A stretch of 64,000 bases of DNA, taken from the IMG/VR virus record IMGVR_UViG_3300021431_000083; one strand, 5' to 3'. How positions within the stretch are numbered: position 1 is the stretch's first letter; each line of letters begins with the position of its first letter. The DNA is from a virus (Duplodnaviria; Heunggongvirae; Uroviricota; Caudoviricetes). Of this stretch, positions 33,050-43,362 are shown in pieces. The position numbers and the translations under genes were made by a program. A model generated the notes under the pieces. The model was not told the origin of the DNA. It worked only from the letters and a program-made list of their open reading frames with translations, and ran no database searches.

Positions 33050-36000
33050 ATGGGACGATTTGAATGTCATAGTCATACTATGTATAGTAATATTAGATTA
33101 CTGGATAGTATTAATCGTCCAGAAGATTTAATTAAAAGAGCAATTCAACTTGGTCTAGCAGGTATCGCGGTTACTGATCATGAAAGTCTTTCTAGTCATG
33201 TTGAGCTTGATCGTTTAATTAATAAATATAAAGAGATAAATCCAGATTTTAAAATAGCTCGTGGTAATGAAATTTATCTTGTAGATGAGCGTAAATCTGG
33301 TCAACGATATTGGCATTATATTTTAATTGCATGTGATGCAATTGGTCATAAAATGCTACGAGAGTTGTCATCTACGGCTTGGATTAATAGTTATTTTGAT
33401 CGAGGTATGGAACGAGTTCCAACTTTAAAATCTGAACTTGAAGAGATAGTAAATAAATATGGACAAGGTCATTTAATTGCATCAACCGCATGTTTGGGTT
33501 CTGAATTAGATGGTCTTATTCTTGAACTTTGCAAAGCTCGTAAAGTTGGAGATAGCATTACTGAAGAAGAGACATATCAAAAAATTGTTGATTTTCTTTC
33601 TTGGAATAGACAATTATTTAATGATAATTTTTATCTTGAAGTTCAGCCCGCACGTTCAAAAGAACAAATGACTGTTAATAAAATGATGGGATCTATTGGT
33701 GCCGCATTTGATATTAAGATTATTGTTACAACTGATGCTCATTATCTTAAAAAAGAAGATAGATGGGTTCATAAAGCATTTCTTAATAGTAAAGGCGGAG
33801 AACGTGAAGTTGACGAATTTTATGAATATGCTTATCTTCAATCAACAGAAGATGTAATTAATAATCTTGAAGGAACTGGATTAGACTATAATGAACTTGA
33901 AGCTAATACCCTAGAAATTTATAATAAAATTCAAGATTATAGTCTTGCAAGAAATCAACATGTTCTTGAGATTAACGTAAAAGATTATCCTAAATGCCCT
34001 AATTTTACAATGCCAACCAGATATAAGATTCTTGAAGATATGCTTAATAGCGACAATATTCAAGAAAGATATTGGGTTAATTATTGTATAGATAAACTTA
34101 TTGAAAAAAATTTATATAATGATGAATATTTAACAAGACTTGCTGAAGAAGCTGATATTAAAAAACATATTGGTGAAAAACTTAATACCTGTGTTTTTGC
34201 ATATCCTAACTTTCTTCAACACTATATTAATTTATTCTGGAAATGCGGAAGTCCTGTAGGTGCTGGTCGTGGATCAGCTGGCGCTGGATTAAACCATTAT
34301 TTATTAGGTATTACGCAGACAGATCCCATTAAAACCAACGCACCTTTTTGGCGTTATATGAATAAAGACCGTGTTGAAATGCCTGATATTGATTTAGATT
34401 TAAGTCCGTCTAAAAGAGAAGATATTTTTAAAAAAATTCGTGAAGAGCGTGGCGAGTTAGGATGTGTTCAAGTTTGTACATTTGGAACAGCAACAACTAA
34501 AAGCGCTGTCCAAATTGCTTGTCGAGGTTATCAAACAGAAGAGTATAAAGATGGTATCGATAATGACACAGCTTTATATTTATCATCTTTAATTCCGTCT
34601 GAGCGCGGTTTTCTTTGGCCTATTAATGATGTTGTTAATGGAAATAAAGAAAAAGGACGTAAACCAAATAAAATTTTTATTAATACGATTAATCAATATC
34701 CTGGATTATTAGATATTATTATGGGTATTGAAGGATTAGTAGTATCTAGAGGTATTCATGCATCCGGTGTTGTTTTTTATAGTGATGATCCATATGATAC
34801 AGCATGTTTTATGAAAGCAACAAGTGGTGCAATTATTACGCAATATTCACTTCACGATGCTGAGTATTGCGGTGATGTAAAATACGATTTTCTTGTTACA
34901 GAACAAATGGATATTATCGCACAATGTATTCAATTACTCCAAGAGAATGGGTATATGGATAAAGATTTAACATTGCGGCAAGCATATGATAAATATGTCC
35001 ATCCAGATAAACTCCCATTAAATGATGATAAGCTTTGGGATGTTATTGATAGTACAAACGTTTTAGCATTATTCCAACTTAATACAGCAGTTGGCGGTAA
35101 TGTTGTGCGGCAATTGCTTCCTAGAAACGTAGAAGAGTTAACAGCTTGCAATGCTCTTATGCGATTAACTGGTGAAAAAGGTGCGGAACGTCCTGCAGAT
35201 AGATATAAGCGTTTAAAGAATGATATTTCTCAATGGTATAGAGAAATGGATAATATTGGTCTAACGAAAGAAGAACAAAAAGTTCTTGAAAAATATATGT
35301 TGATTGATTATGGAGCACCATCTTCACAAGAAGTATTAATGACGATTTTAATGGATCCTGATACATGTGGTTTTACTCTTGCAGAAAGTAATGCTGCACG
35401 TAAAATTGTTGCTAAAAAACAAATGGATAAAGTATCTGAATTAAAAGATAAAATTATCTCAAGAGCAAAGCGTCCAATTTTAGGACAATATATTTGGGAT
35501 TATGTTATTATGCCGCAAGCAAGTTATTCATTTAGCCGTATTCATGGATATAGTTATTCATTAATTGCTTGCCAAGCAGCATATCTCTCATCTTATTATC
35601 CTTCTATCTATTGGAACACAGCATATCTTCGAGTAATTAGTGGTCTTGATGCGGATGCAAGTTCTAATTACAATAAAATTGCTCGCGGTGTTGGCGATAT
35701 TATTTCTCATGGCGTAAACGTATCATTAATTGATATTAATAAATCTGGTTATATGTTTGAACCAGATGAAGAACATAATGCAATTCGTTTTGGTCTTAAA
35801 GCATTAAATGGTGTCGGTGGAGAAATTATTGAAGAAATTATTGCTAATAGACCATATGAAGATATGTATGAATTTATGGAAAAAGTTAAATGCAATAAAA
35901 CTGTAATGATTGCACTAATTAAAGCAGGTGCATTTGATCAATTTGATACTCGTGAAAATATAATGAAAGAATATTTGTGGACTACATGTAGTCCTAAAAA

Positions 36001-36871
36001 ACGTATTACAATGCAAAATTTTAATATGTTAAATGAACAAGGGCTACTGCCGCAAGAACTTGATTTTCAAAAACGAGTATTTGTATTCAATAAAGCATTA
36101 AAGAAAAATTGTAAGGTGGGTAATGGAACTTTTTCCGTATCAGATAACTATTATGAATTCTATCAAGAATTTTTTGACACAGACTTCCTCGAACCAAGAG
36201 ACAATGTGTTATGTATATCGGAAACGAAATGGAAGACTTTGTATGATAAGGCTATGCTCCCAGCAAAACAATACATCACCGCACATAAAGAAGAATTATT
36301 AGAGCAACTAAATAATTCATTATTCCAAGAGGAATGGAATAAATATGCGGCTGGGTCGTTAAGTACATGGGAAATGGCTTCTCTTGGTTTCTATTATCAT
36401 GATCATGAATTGATTAATGTTAATGATAGTCAATACGGTATTGTTGAATATAACACATTGCCAGAGCAACCAATTGTTGATTATACTTTTAAACGTAATG
36501 GTAGAGAAATTCCTATCTTTAAAACATTTAGATTATGCGGCACGGTAATTGCAAAAGATGATTTAAAATCATCAATAAGTATCTTAACTAAAGGTAGTGG
36601 TGTTGTAACTGTTAAAATGACCCGTGATTATTATGCAAGATATAATGCTCAATTATCTGAGGTCGGTATTGATGGTAAAAAACATGTAATGGAAAAAGGT
36701 TGGTTTAAACGTGGAACTTTAGTTGTTGTGAATGGTTATCGTCGTCAGAATCAATTTGTAACAAAGAGTTATAAACGATCAAAGTCACACCAATTATATA
36801 AAATAACTGAAATTCATCAAGATGGCAGTATTAATATGACTAATTGTAGGTGGGGCGAAGAAGATGAATAA
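33050..36871 (+). CDS. dnaE: Family C DNA polymerase (Pol III alpha)
   Basis: PHP domain HSHT and TDH; GRGS; PDIDLD; C-terminal OB fold; no intein; no TGA. Confidence 0.95.
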   Translation: MGRFECHSHTMYSNIRLLDSINRPEDLIKRAIQLGLAGIAVTDHESLSSHVELDRLINKYKEINPDFKIARGNEIYLVDERKSGQRYWHYILIACDAIGHKMLRELSSTAWINSYFDRGMERVPTLKSELEEIVNKYGQGHLIASTACLGSELDGLILELCKARKVGDSITEEETYQKIVDFLSWNRQLFNDNFYLEVQPARSKEQMTVNKMMGSIGAAFDIKIIVTTDAHYLKKEDRWVHKAFLNSKGGEREVDEFYEYAYLQSTEDVINNLEGTGLDYNELEANTLEIYNKIQDYSLARNQHVLEINVKDYPKCPNFTMPTRYKILEDMLNSDNIQERYWVNYCIDKLIEKNLYNDEYLTRLAEEADIKKHIGEKLNTCVFAYPNFLQHYINLFWKCGSPVGAGRGSAGAGLNHYLLGITQTDPIKTNAPFWRYMNKDRVEMPDIDLDLSPSKREDIFKKIREERGELGCVQVCTFGTATTKSAVQIACRGYQTEEYKDGIDNDTALYLSSLIPSERGFLWPINDVVNGNKEKGRKPNKIFINTINQYPGLLDIIMGIEGLVVSRGIHASGVVFYSDDPYDTACFMKATSGAIITQYSLHDAEYCGDVKYDFLVTEQMDIIAQCIQLLQENGYMDKDLTLRQAYDKYVHPDKLPLNDDKLWDVIDSTNVLALFQLNTAVGGNVVRQLLPRNVEELTACNALMRLTGEKGAERPADRYKRLKNDISQWYREMDNIGLTKEEQKVLEKYMLIDYGAPSSQEVLMTILMDPDTCGFTLAESNAARKIVAKKQMDKVSELKDKIISRAKRPILGQYIWDYVIMPQASYSFSRIHGYSYSLIACQAAYLSSYYPSIYWNTAYLRVISGLDADASSNYNKIARGVGDIISHGVNVSLIDINKSGYMFEPDEEHNAIRFGLKALNGVGGEIIEEIIANRPYEDMYEFMEKVKCNKTVMIALIKAGAFDQFDTRENIMKEYLWTTCSPKKRITMQNFNMLNEQGLLPQELDFQKRVFVFNKALKKNCKVGNGTFSVSDNYYEFYQEFFDTDFLEPRDNVLCISETKWKTLYDKAMLPAKQYITAHKEELLEQLNNSLFQEEWNKYAAGSLSTWEMASLGFYYHDHELINVNDSQYGIVEYNTLPEQPIVDYTFKRNGREIPIFKTFRLCGTVIAKDDLKSSISILTKGSGVVTVKMTRDYYARYNAQLSEVGIDGKKHVMEKGWFKRGTLVVVNGYRRQNQFVTKSYKRSKSHQLYKITEIHQDGSINMTNCRWGEEDE

Positions 36872-37184
36872 ATGGGCCGCATATGATTTATTTGGACCTA
36901 TGCGGTCCTCTACTTTACAAGAGCAAAAAGCTTATAAAGAAATGCTAAGTAGATATTCTGACTCAATTGAAAGGAATATGTCAAGTATGAATAATATCGA
37001 AATAGATTATTGCGATATATGCCATAAGAAAAAGCAGATTAAACGAAAATACTATTATTATGATGTTAATTGTGATTGTTGTGGAAGTTCACAAGGACAT
37101 TTTGAAATTGTGAGATATTGCGATGAATGTACTCCTAAACCACCAAAGAGAATTAATATCATGATGGAGCCATATAATGATTAA
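36864..37184 (+). CDS. Small Cys-rich hypothetical protein
   Basis: CDIC, CDCC, CDEC. Confidence 0.7.
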   Translation: MNKWAAYDLFGPMRSSTLQEQKAYKEMLSRYSDSIERNMSSMNNIEIDYCDICHKKKQIKRKYYYYDVNCDCCGSSQGHFEIVRYCDECTPKPPKRINIMMEPYND

Positions 37185-37192
37185 GGACTATT

Positions 37193-37405
37193 ATGCAAGA
37201 TTATATAATTAATACATCAGCGCCGCAAACACAAAGATTCTATGATTGACAAAAAGATAATAATAAATGATGTATTAAAAAAGAATATTGTGGCAATTGT
37301 CACGCAAATTTAAATTGAAAGTGAGGATTAATGTATTTTTGTCCTAAGTGTGGCTTTAGGCTTATCGGAGTAAATAATCCAAATCCACCAGAAGAGGAGC
37401 AATAA
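37193..37405 (+). CDS. Zn-ribbon protein, 70 aa, 4 TGA
   Basis: MQDY...CGNC...CPKCG...; TAAGGA SD; stop TAA coupled to gmk; invisible in the standard code. Confidence 0.7.
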
Positions 37406-38055
37406 TGGTTTATGACGCAATAGTCTCAGATAAAATTAAACAATGTAAAAAACCTGTTATTATAGCCATATGCGGCAAAAGCGCTACTGGTAAAGATACT
37501 CTTGCTGATTGACTATTTAGTATGTTAAAAGTGAATAAAATACCTTGTAATATTATTGTTAGTGATACAACTCGGCCTCCACGACTTTTTGAAGAAAACG
37601 AAGTTGATTATAATTTTTTAACAGACACAGAATTTCATAATAAAATAAATAATGAAGAGTATCTTGAATATACGTCTTTTAATGGATGGTTCTATGGTAC
37701 TGATGTCAATGCTATTTTAAAAGATAGCGTTAATATTGGTGTTTTTAATTTAGAGGGTATGTCAAACTTAGCAAATCATCAAGATAAGTTTGAGATTATT
37801 TGTGTATATCTCCAATGTAATTTTATCCAACGACTTTTTCGTTCATATGAGAGAGAACGAAAATTCAAAGTAGAATATATTCGTAGAGCACATGCAGATT
37901 ATTGTGATTTTAAAGAAATTAAATCTTTACTAAGACGTTTTCCAAATAAATTTATTTTTGATAGTCATCATACTCCTATTGTTTCAATGGTAGATCATAT
38001 TATCTGGCGATTAAAAATGAAAAATCTTCTGCCATCTTATAACAAATCAAGATAA
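37405..38055 (+). CDS. gmk: Guanylate kinase-like protein, TGA at codon 36
   Basis: P-loop GKSATGKDT lies upstream of the TGA (37510-37512), in frame with TTRPPR and NGWFYGT. Confidence 0.88.
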
Positions 38056-38079
38056 TTTGTTCAAGCTAATTTTTAAATA
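38044..38079 (+). promoter_or_regulatory. Candidate phage-type promoter TAATT-N16-TAAATA upstream of nrdD
   Basis: Spacing matches 10539 and 58440; no sigma70 consensus found here. Confidence 0.3.
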
Positions 38080-38149
38080 TATTAATGAAAAGAAATTTTT
38101 TGTATTAATTTTAAATTTAATACAATATTTAGTGTTCTGAGGTGATTAT

Positions 38150-40354
38150 ATGATTGTTGTTAAAAGGAATGGCACTCCAGTTGACTATGACTTAGAAAAA
38201 ATAAGTGTAGCTATAGAAGGAGCATTTGAAGATTTGGGGCACACTTTTGAGAGTGCTGTAACTTTAGATGAAATTGATTCTATTATTAAAGAACGTTATT
38301 CTGAACGAATAACTGTTGAACAAATTCAAGACATTGTCGAAGAAATGCTTTGTGAAAACGGATACATTGATGAAGCTCGTGCTTATATTAAATACAGATA
38401 TGACCATGAGCTTGCCCGCAAGAAAAAACTTGAAGATGATATTAAGGCAAAACTTTTAACAGAGAACGTAGAGAATCAAAATGCGAATGTTGATGAATAT
38501 TCATTTGGTGGCCGCAAAGGTGAAGCCGATGCAGTATTTATGAAGCAATATGCGTTAGATCATCTGGTATCAAAAATGGCTAGAGAAAATCATTTAAATA
38601 ATGAAATTTATATTCATGACTTAGATTCTTATGCTGTTGGAATGCACAATTGTCTTTCTATTCCTTTTGATGATTTACTAGCTAATGGTTTTAATACTCG
38701 TCAAACAGATGTTCGTCCTGCAAATAGTGTAAATACTGCTATGCAGTTAGTAGCAGTAATTTTTCAACTTCAATCACTTCAACAATTTGGCGGAGTTTCT
38801 GCGACACATTTAGATTGGACAATGGTTCCATATGTTCGTAAATCTTTTAATAAACATTATTTAGATGGTATGCATTATCTTTATGATGGTGATATTTGTC
38901 CAGATTTTAAAGAGTATAAAGATGAATCTATTGATGCAAAAATTTATAAATCAATTCCAAATGTTTATAAATATGCAATAGATATGACAGAAAGAGAAGT
39001 TCATCAAGCAGTTGAGGGTATGTATCATAATCTTAATACACTTCAATCCCGCAGCGGAAATCAGTTACCTTTTACTTCAATTAATTATGGTACTTGTACT
39101 TTACCAGAAGGTCGTATGATAACCAAGGCACTGCTTGAAGTAAGCATTGAAGGATTAGGTAAACTTCATAAAACTAGTATTTTCCCTTGTGGAATTTTTC
39201 AATGTATGAAAGGAGTAAATCGTAAACCTGGTGATCCTAATTATGATTTATTCCAGCTTGCTTTAAAATCAACTGCTCAAAGATTATATCCTAATTATGC
39301 AAATGTCGATTGGTCTGGTAATGCAGGATATGATTCAGATGATCCCCGTACATATTTTAGTACAATGGGATGCCGCACAGCCAATGGTTTTGATATTAAT
39401 GGTTTTGGACAGCTTAAAGATGGACGTGGAAATATTTGTCCAGTAACTATTATTCTTCCTACTTTGGCAAAGAAAACTATTGATCACTATGGTAATTGGT
39501 ATTCTCAAGAAGAAACTATCAGTAAATTCATGGAATTACTTGACCAGAAAATTCATGAAGCCAAAGATATGCTATTAGAACGTTTTGAGTGGATTTGTGC
39601 GCAAGATCCTAAATCTGCATCCTTTATGTATGAAAATAATACTATGGCTGGATATATTCCAGAAGAAGGAATTCGTTCAGCACTTAAACATGGTACTATT
39701 GTAATTGGTCAACTTGGTCTTGCAGAAACACTGCAAATTTTAATTGGATGTGACCATACTGAAGAAAAAGGTATGGAATTAGCTAAACAAATTGAACAAC
39801 TATTCAAAGATCGTTGTGCTCAATTTAAACAGGAATATAAACTTAATTTTGGCGTTTATTATACTCCTGCAGAAAACTTATGTTATACCGCAATGAAAAA
39901 ATTCCGTGAAAAATATGGCGTTATTCCAAAAGTAAGCGACAAAGATTTCTTTACTAATAGTATGCATGTGCCGGTATGGAAATCAATTGATCCATTTGAA
40001 AAAATTAACATTGAATCACAATTAACTGGATATAGCAGCGCAGGATGTATTACTTATGTTGAATTAGAATCTACAGTTAAAAACAATATTGAAGCATTAG
40101 AAGAACTCGTTAATTACGCAATGGATAAAGATATTCCTTATTTTGCTATTAATGTCCCGAATGATACTTGTCTAGAATGCGGCTATACCGATGAATTTGA
40201 TGATAAATGTCCTATGTGCGGCAGTCATCATATTCAACAATTACGTCGTGTAACTGGATATTTAACAGGTAATTATACTACAGCATTCAATTATGGTAAA
40301 CAACAAGAAACCCGTATGAGAGTTCGTCATGACGGGAGCCAAAATGAGATATAG
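38150..40354 (+). CDS. nrdD: Anaerobic (class III) ribonucleotide reductase
   Basis: ATP cone MIVVKRNG; Zn CLEC/CPMC; glycyl-radical motif RRVTGYL. Confidence 0.95.
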   Translation: MIVVKRNGTPVDYDLEKISVAIEGAFEDLGHTFESAVTLDEIDSIIKERYSERITVEQIQDIVEEMLCENGYIDEARAYIKYRYDHELARKKKLEDDIKAKLLTENVENQNANVDEYSFGGRKGEADAVFMKQYALDHLVSKMARENHLNNEIYIHDLDSYAVGMHNCLSIPFDDLLANGFNTRQTDVRPANSVNTAMQLVAVIFQLQSLQQFGGVSATHLDWTMVPYVRKSFNKHYLDGMHYLYDGDICPDFKEYKDESIDAKIYKSIPNVYKYAIDMTEREVHQAVEGMYHNLNTLQSRSGNQLPFTSINYGTCTLPEGRMITKALLEVSIEGLGKLHKTSIFPCGIFQCMKGVNRKPGDPNYDLFQLALKSTAQRLYPNYANVDWSGNAGYDSDDPRTYFSTMGCRTANGFDINGFGQLKDGRGNICPVTIILPTLAKKTIDHYGNWYSQEETISKFMELLDQKIHEAKDMLLERFEWICAQDPKSASFMYENNTMAGYIPEEGIRSALKHGTIVIGQLGLAETLQILIGCDHTEEKGMELAKQIEQLFKDRCAQFKQEYKLNFGVYYTPAENLCYTAMKKFREKYGVIPKVSDKDFFTNSMHVPVWKSIDPFEKINIESQLTGYSSAGCITYVELESTVKNNIEALEELVNYAMDKDIPYFAINVPNDTCLECGYTDEFDDKCPMCGSHHIQQLRRVTGYLTGNYTTAFNYGKQQETRMRVRHDGSQNEI

Positions 40355-40823
40355 TAGTATTAATACGTGTGAATGTACAAATGGACTAGGATGGGGTGTT
40401 TCTTTATTTACACAAGGATGCCCAATTCATTGTAAAGGTTGCTTTAATCCTGAAACCTGGGATTTTGATGGCGGTAAGGAATTAACCAATTATCAAGAAT
40501 CTCAAATATATAAAGCATTAAAACCAAAATATATTACTCGTTTTAGTGTTCTTGGAGGAGAACCTTTAATAGACTCTAATTTAGAACAATTAAATCGATT
40601 ACTTTGTACTATTAAATCTAATTATCCTAATATAAAAATCTGGATATGGACTGGTTATACTTGAGATGAACTCCAAGAGAAAAGAAAAAATGCAAATCCT
40701 GATAAATTACTTATTACTTTTAAATATGCTGATTACCTTGTGTGCGGCCCTTATATAGAAGAAGAAAAAGACTTAACCCTTTTATGGCGGGGCTCCCGCA
40801 ATCAAAAAATTATTAATCTATAA
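40344..40823 (+). CDS. nrdG: Class III RNR activase (radical SAM), 1 TGA
   Basis: QGCPIHCKGCFN, GGEP, WTGYT(W)DEL, GPYIEE, WRGSRNQ; stop TAA. Confidence 0.92.
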
Positions 40824-40850
40824 AGATAAAGGATATTAATAAAATTACAT

Positions 40851-40890
40851 AAAAAAAAGGAAGTAGGCTAACCTACTTCCTCTTTTTCTT
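40851..40890. terminator. Bidirectional intrinsic terminator
   Basis: aggaagtagg/cctacttcct stem with A-tract and T-tract flanks. Confidence 0.85.
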
Positions 40891-41878
40891 TATGAAATCT
40901 TTGTCTTAGTGGAGTTAAATAGTCTTGATAAAAAAAATTAAAGTCTTTACCTTTTCTAATATTAATGAAATCATGCCAATACTCTTTTAACAAAATGTCA
41001 TTCTCATTATCAAAAAATTGAAATACTTCTTTATAATATAGATAAGAATATTCTAAAAGTCTCTTTTTTATTGTTTCATTATTTTTGATTATATCTTGGT
41101 TCTTATAATAATAATCATAAATATCGAACAAATGTTTGAATCCATACCATTCTGATCGTTCTCTTGGAACTTTATCCTTAAAACGTCTATAGGTATAAAT
41201 GAAATTCATGACATATCCTCTATAACCTTCACTATAATCATATTCTCCGTTATTCTTCCGAGTTAAACTCTCTTTATTATAACTAGACCAATAATATAAA
41301 GGCTGACATATCCAAACAGTACAATCGTGACCTAAAACATATTGATATTGACAATTAAATCCAACATCTTCATTCCCATAACTACAATCTTTATTTGTAT
41401 TAAATCTGAAGTCATATTGATTAATAACAGATCTCTTATATAATTTAGAAAAAACCCAACTTAATTGAATATCAACTTCTTCTGTAATCATTGTCTCTGT
41501 ATTTAAATCATAAAATTTACCCATACTTATCGCTTTATCTGGATATAACGAGAATCCTCTTAACAAAGTTTCTGCGGCTACGGGTGCAAGCATATCATCT
41601 GCATCTACAAACATAATATATTCATTATAAGTATGATCTATACCATACTGTCTTGCATAACCAGGGCCGTGATTTTCATCATATCTTAATATTTGTATAG
41701 GCACAAATAGCCGTATTTTATTAAATAGTTCTTCTAATTTATCATTAAAAATAGAAGAACCATCATCAACGATGGTTATTTCAAGTTCTTCAACAATGGT
41801 TTGTGCGGTTACTGACAACAAACATTTTTTTAATTGCCGTATATCAACATTATAAATTGGTATAATAATATCAATCAT
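40868..41878 (-). CDS. Family 2 glycosyltransferase
   Basis: IIIPIYN, VDDGS, GPGYARQYG, FVDADD, ED motif; own promoter and terminator. Confidence 0.9.
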   Translation of the reverse strand: MIDIIIPIYNVDIRQLKKCLLSVTAQTIVEELEITIVDDGSSIFNDKLEELFNKIRLFVPIQILRYDENHGPGYARQYGIDHTYNEYIMFVDADDMLAPVAAETLLRGFSLYPDKAISMGKFYDLNTETMITEEVDIQLSWVFSKLYKRSVINQYDFRFNTNKDCSYGNEDVGFNCQYQYVLGHDCTVWICQPLYYWSSYNKESLTRKNNGEYDYSEGYRGYVMNFIYTYRRFKDKVPRERSEWYGFKHLFDIYDYYYKNQDIIKNNETIKKRLLEYSYLYYKEVFQFFDNENDILLKEYWHDFINIRKGKDFNFFYQDYLTPLRQRFHKEKEEVG

Positions 41879-41897
41879 AAAAACCTCCTTTTGATAT

Positions 41898-41964
41898 ATT
41901 ATATCAAATTATTTACGTATTTGTCAAAAATTTTTTGACAGAACCTTTTATTATATGTTATAAT
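41898..41964. promoter_or_regulatory. Back-to-back sigma70 promoters
   Basis: TTGACA-N18-TATAAT on both strands. Confidence 0.85.
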
Positions 41965-41989
41965 ATATATATAAAATGAAAGGAGTATT

Positions 41990-42409
41990 ATGGATAAAAT
42001 TGAAATGGAAATGAATGAAGATGGATCAATTTCAACTAATTCATTATATGCATTAAATCAACAAGCCTATGATACTGTTAGTCCACTTGGTATTAAAGAA
42101 AAACATGAACAACTTAATAATATATATGAATGGGTAAAAGAACAACGTTGTGATTATACGATGCTTTTGTGCCATGACCGCAGAGATTATACTATTTTTA
42201 GATATAAAACTCGTGAAGATAAAAAATATCACAATGGTACTTTTAATGATTTGAAAGAATGTTTAGAGAATCGCGGCAAGATTTTAGATGTTCGTTATCT
42301 TCAAGACCAAGATGCTTGGGAGATATGGATTAGAATTTTTGAAGATGGGGGGCATCAAAATTATATGTACATGTTCTTTAATGCTGAAGGATTTATCGTG
42401 GAGGTATAA
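41990..42409 (+). CDS. Conserved phage hypothetical protein
   Basis: AAGGAG SD; complete ORF. Confidence 0.8.
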   Translation: MDKIEMEMNEDGSISTNSLYALNQQAYDTVSPLGIKEKHEQLNNIYEWVKEQRCDYTMLLCHDRRDYTIFRYKTREDKKYHNGTFNDLKECLENRGKILDVRYLQDQDAWEIWIRIFEDGGHQNYMYMFFNAEGFIVEV

Positions 42410-42663
42410 TGAAAAATTTATATATCTATGCTTATCCCGCACAGATGTTAACTTTTCAATTAATTGAAGATAATCAAATCTTAACAAATGAAAATTGTAA
42501 TTTTGAAGATAACGTGCGGATGACTGCTAAATATCTTAAAGAAGAGCCAATTGATTCAATTTTTATTATTGGAGATACCCCTTTTGCAGATAAAATTGGA
42601 ACTATGCTGCATACCAATTTTGAAAAAAGAGTAAAGATTGAGAGGATTAAAAAAAATGCTTAA
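42409..42663 (+). CDS. Hypothetical protein
   Basis: Coupled ORF. Confidence 0.75.
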   Translation: MKNLYIYAYPAQMLTFQLIEDNQILTNENCNFEDNVRMTAKYLKEEPIDSIFIIGDTPFADKIGTMLHTNFEKRVKIERIKKNA

Positions 42664-42943
42664 ATCACTTATTAAAGCAACAAATGAAGTTCGTGTAGAA
42701 ACTGAAGAAGAAGCAGACCAGTTTCATAAAGAACTTCAACAGGAAGCAGAAAAAATTGGGTGTATTCTTTCAACCTTTACGAAAACTCTTCGCCAAAAGA
42801 AGTCTAAAGGTGAAGTAATTGATGAATATTATCAAATTAAATATACTTATGTATTTAATGATATTAAAGAACCTTATACTTATTTAAAAAATATTGAGTA
42901 TAATATGACCAACTCCGCGGAAGAAGGTGCTTTATCTTGGTAG
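42656..42943 (+). CDS. Hypothetical protein
   Basis: ATG after GAGGA; overlaps both neighbours. Confidence 0.7.
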   Translation: MLKSLIKATNEVRVETEEEADQFHKELQQEAEKIGCILSTFTKTLRQKKSKGEVIDEYYQIKYTYVFNDIKEPYTYLKNIEYNMTNSAEEGALSW

Positions 42944-43362
42944 AAATTTCAATTCACTATTTACCAGGTTCACCACATCTTGAAGTAACTGATTATGGTG
43001 GGTGTATTGACCTTTATAACTATGAAGAGATATGTTTAAAAGAAGGTGAAAAAGGGTTTATCAACTTTGGTATTTCAATGAAATTACCAGAAGGGTATGA
43101 TGCGCTTATTTTTCCTCGCAGTTCCACCTTTAAACGTTATGGTATTTTAATGACAAATTCTGTTGGATATATTGATAATAGTTATAATGGAACTGATGAC
43201 TATTGGAAAGCTTGCGTTTATGCAACTCAAAATATTACAATTCCAAAAGGAACAAGATGTTTTCAATTTAGATTAATTAAAAAACAACCTTCTATTGATT
43301 TTGTTCAAAAAGATACCTTAAATAGTGTTAATCGTGGTGGATTCGGATCGAGCGGTGTATAA
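42937..43362 (+). CDS. dut: Trimeric dUTPase
   Basis: PRSS, GYIDNSY, QF, RGGFGSSG motifs. Confidence 0.92.
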   Translation: MVEISIHYLPGSPHLEVTDYGGCIDLYNYEEICLKEGEKGFINFGISMKLPEGYDALIFPRSSTFKRYGILMTNSVGYIDNSYNGTDDYWKACVYATQNITIPKGTRCFQFRLIKKQPSIDFVQKDTLNSVNRGGFGSSGV

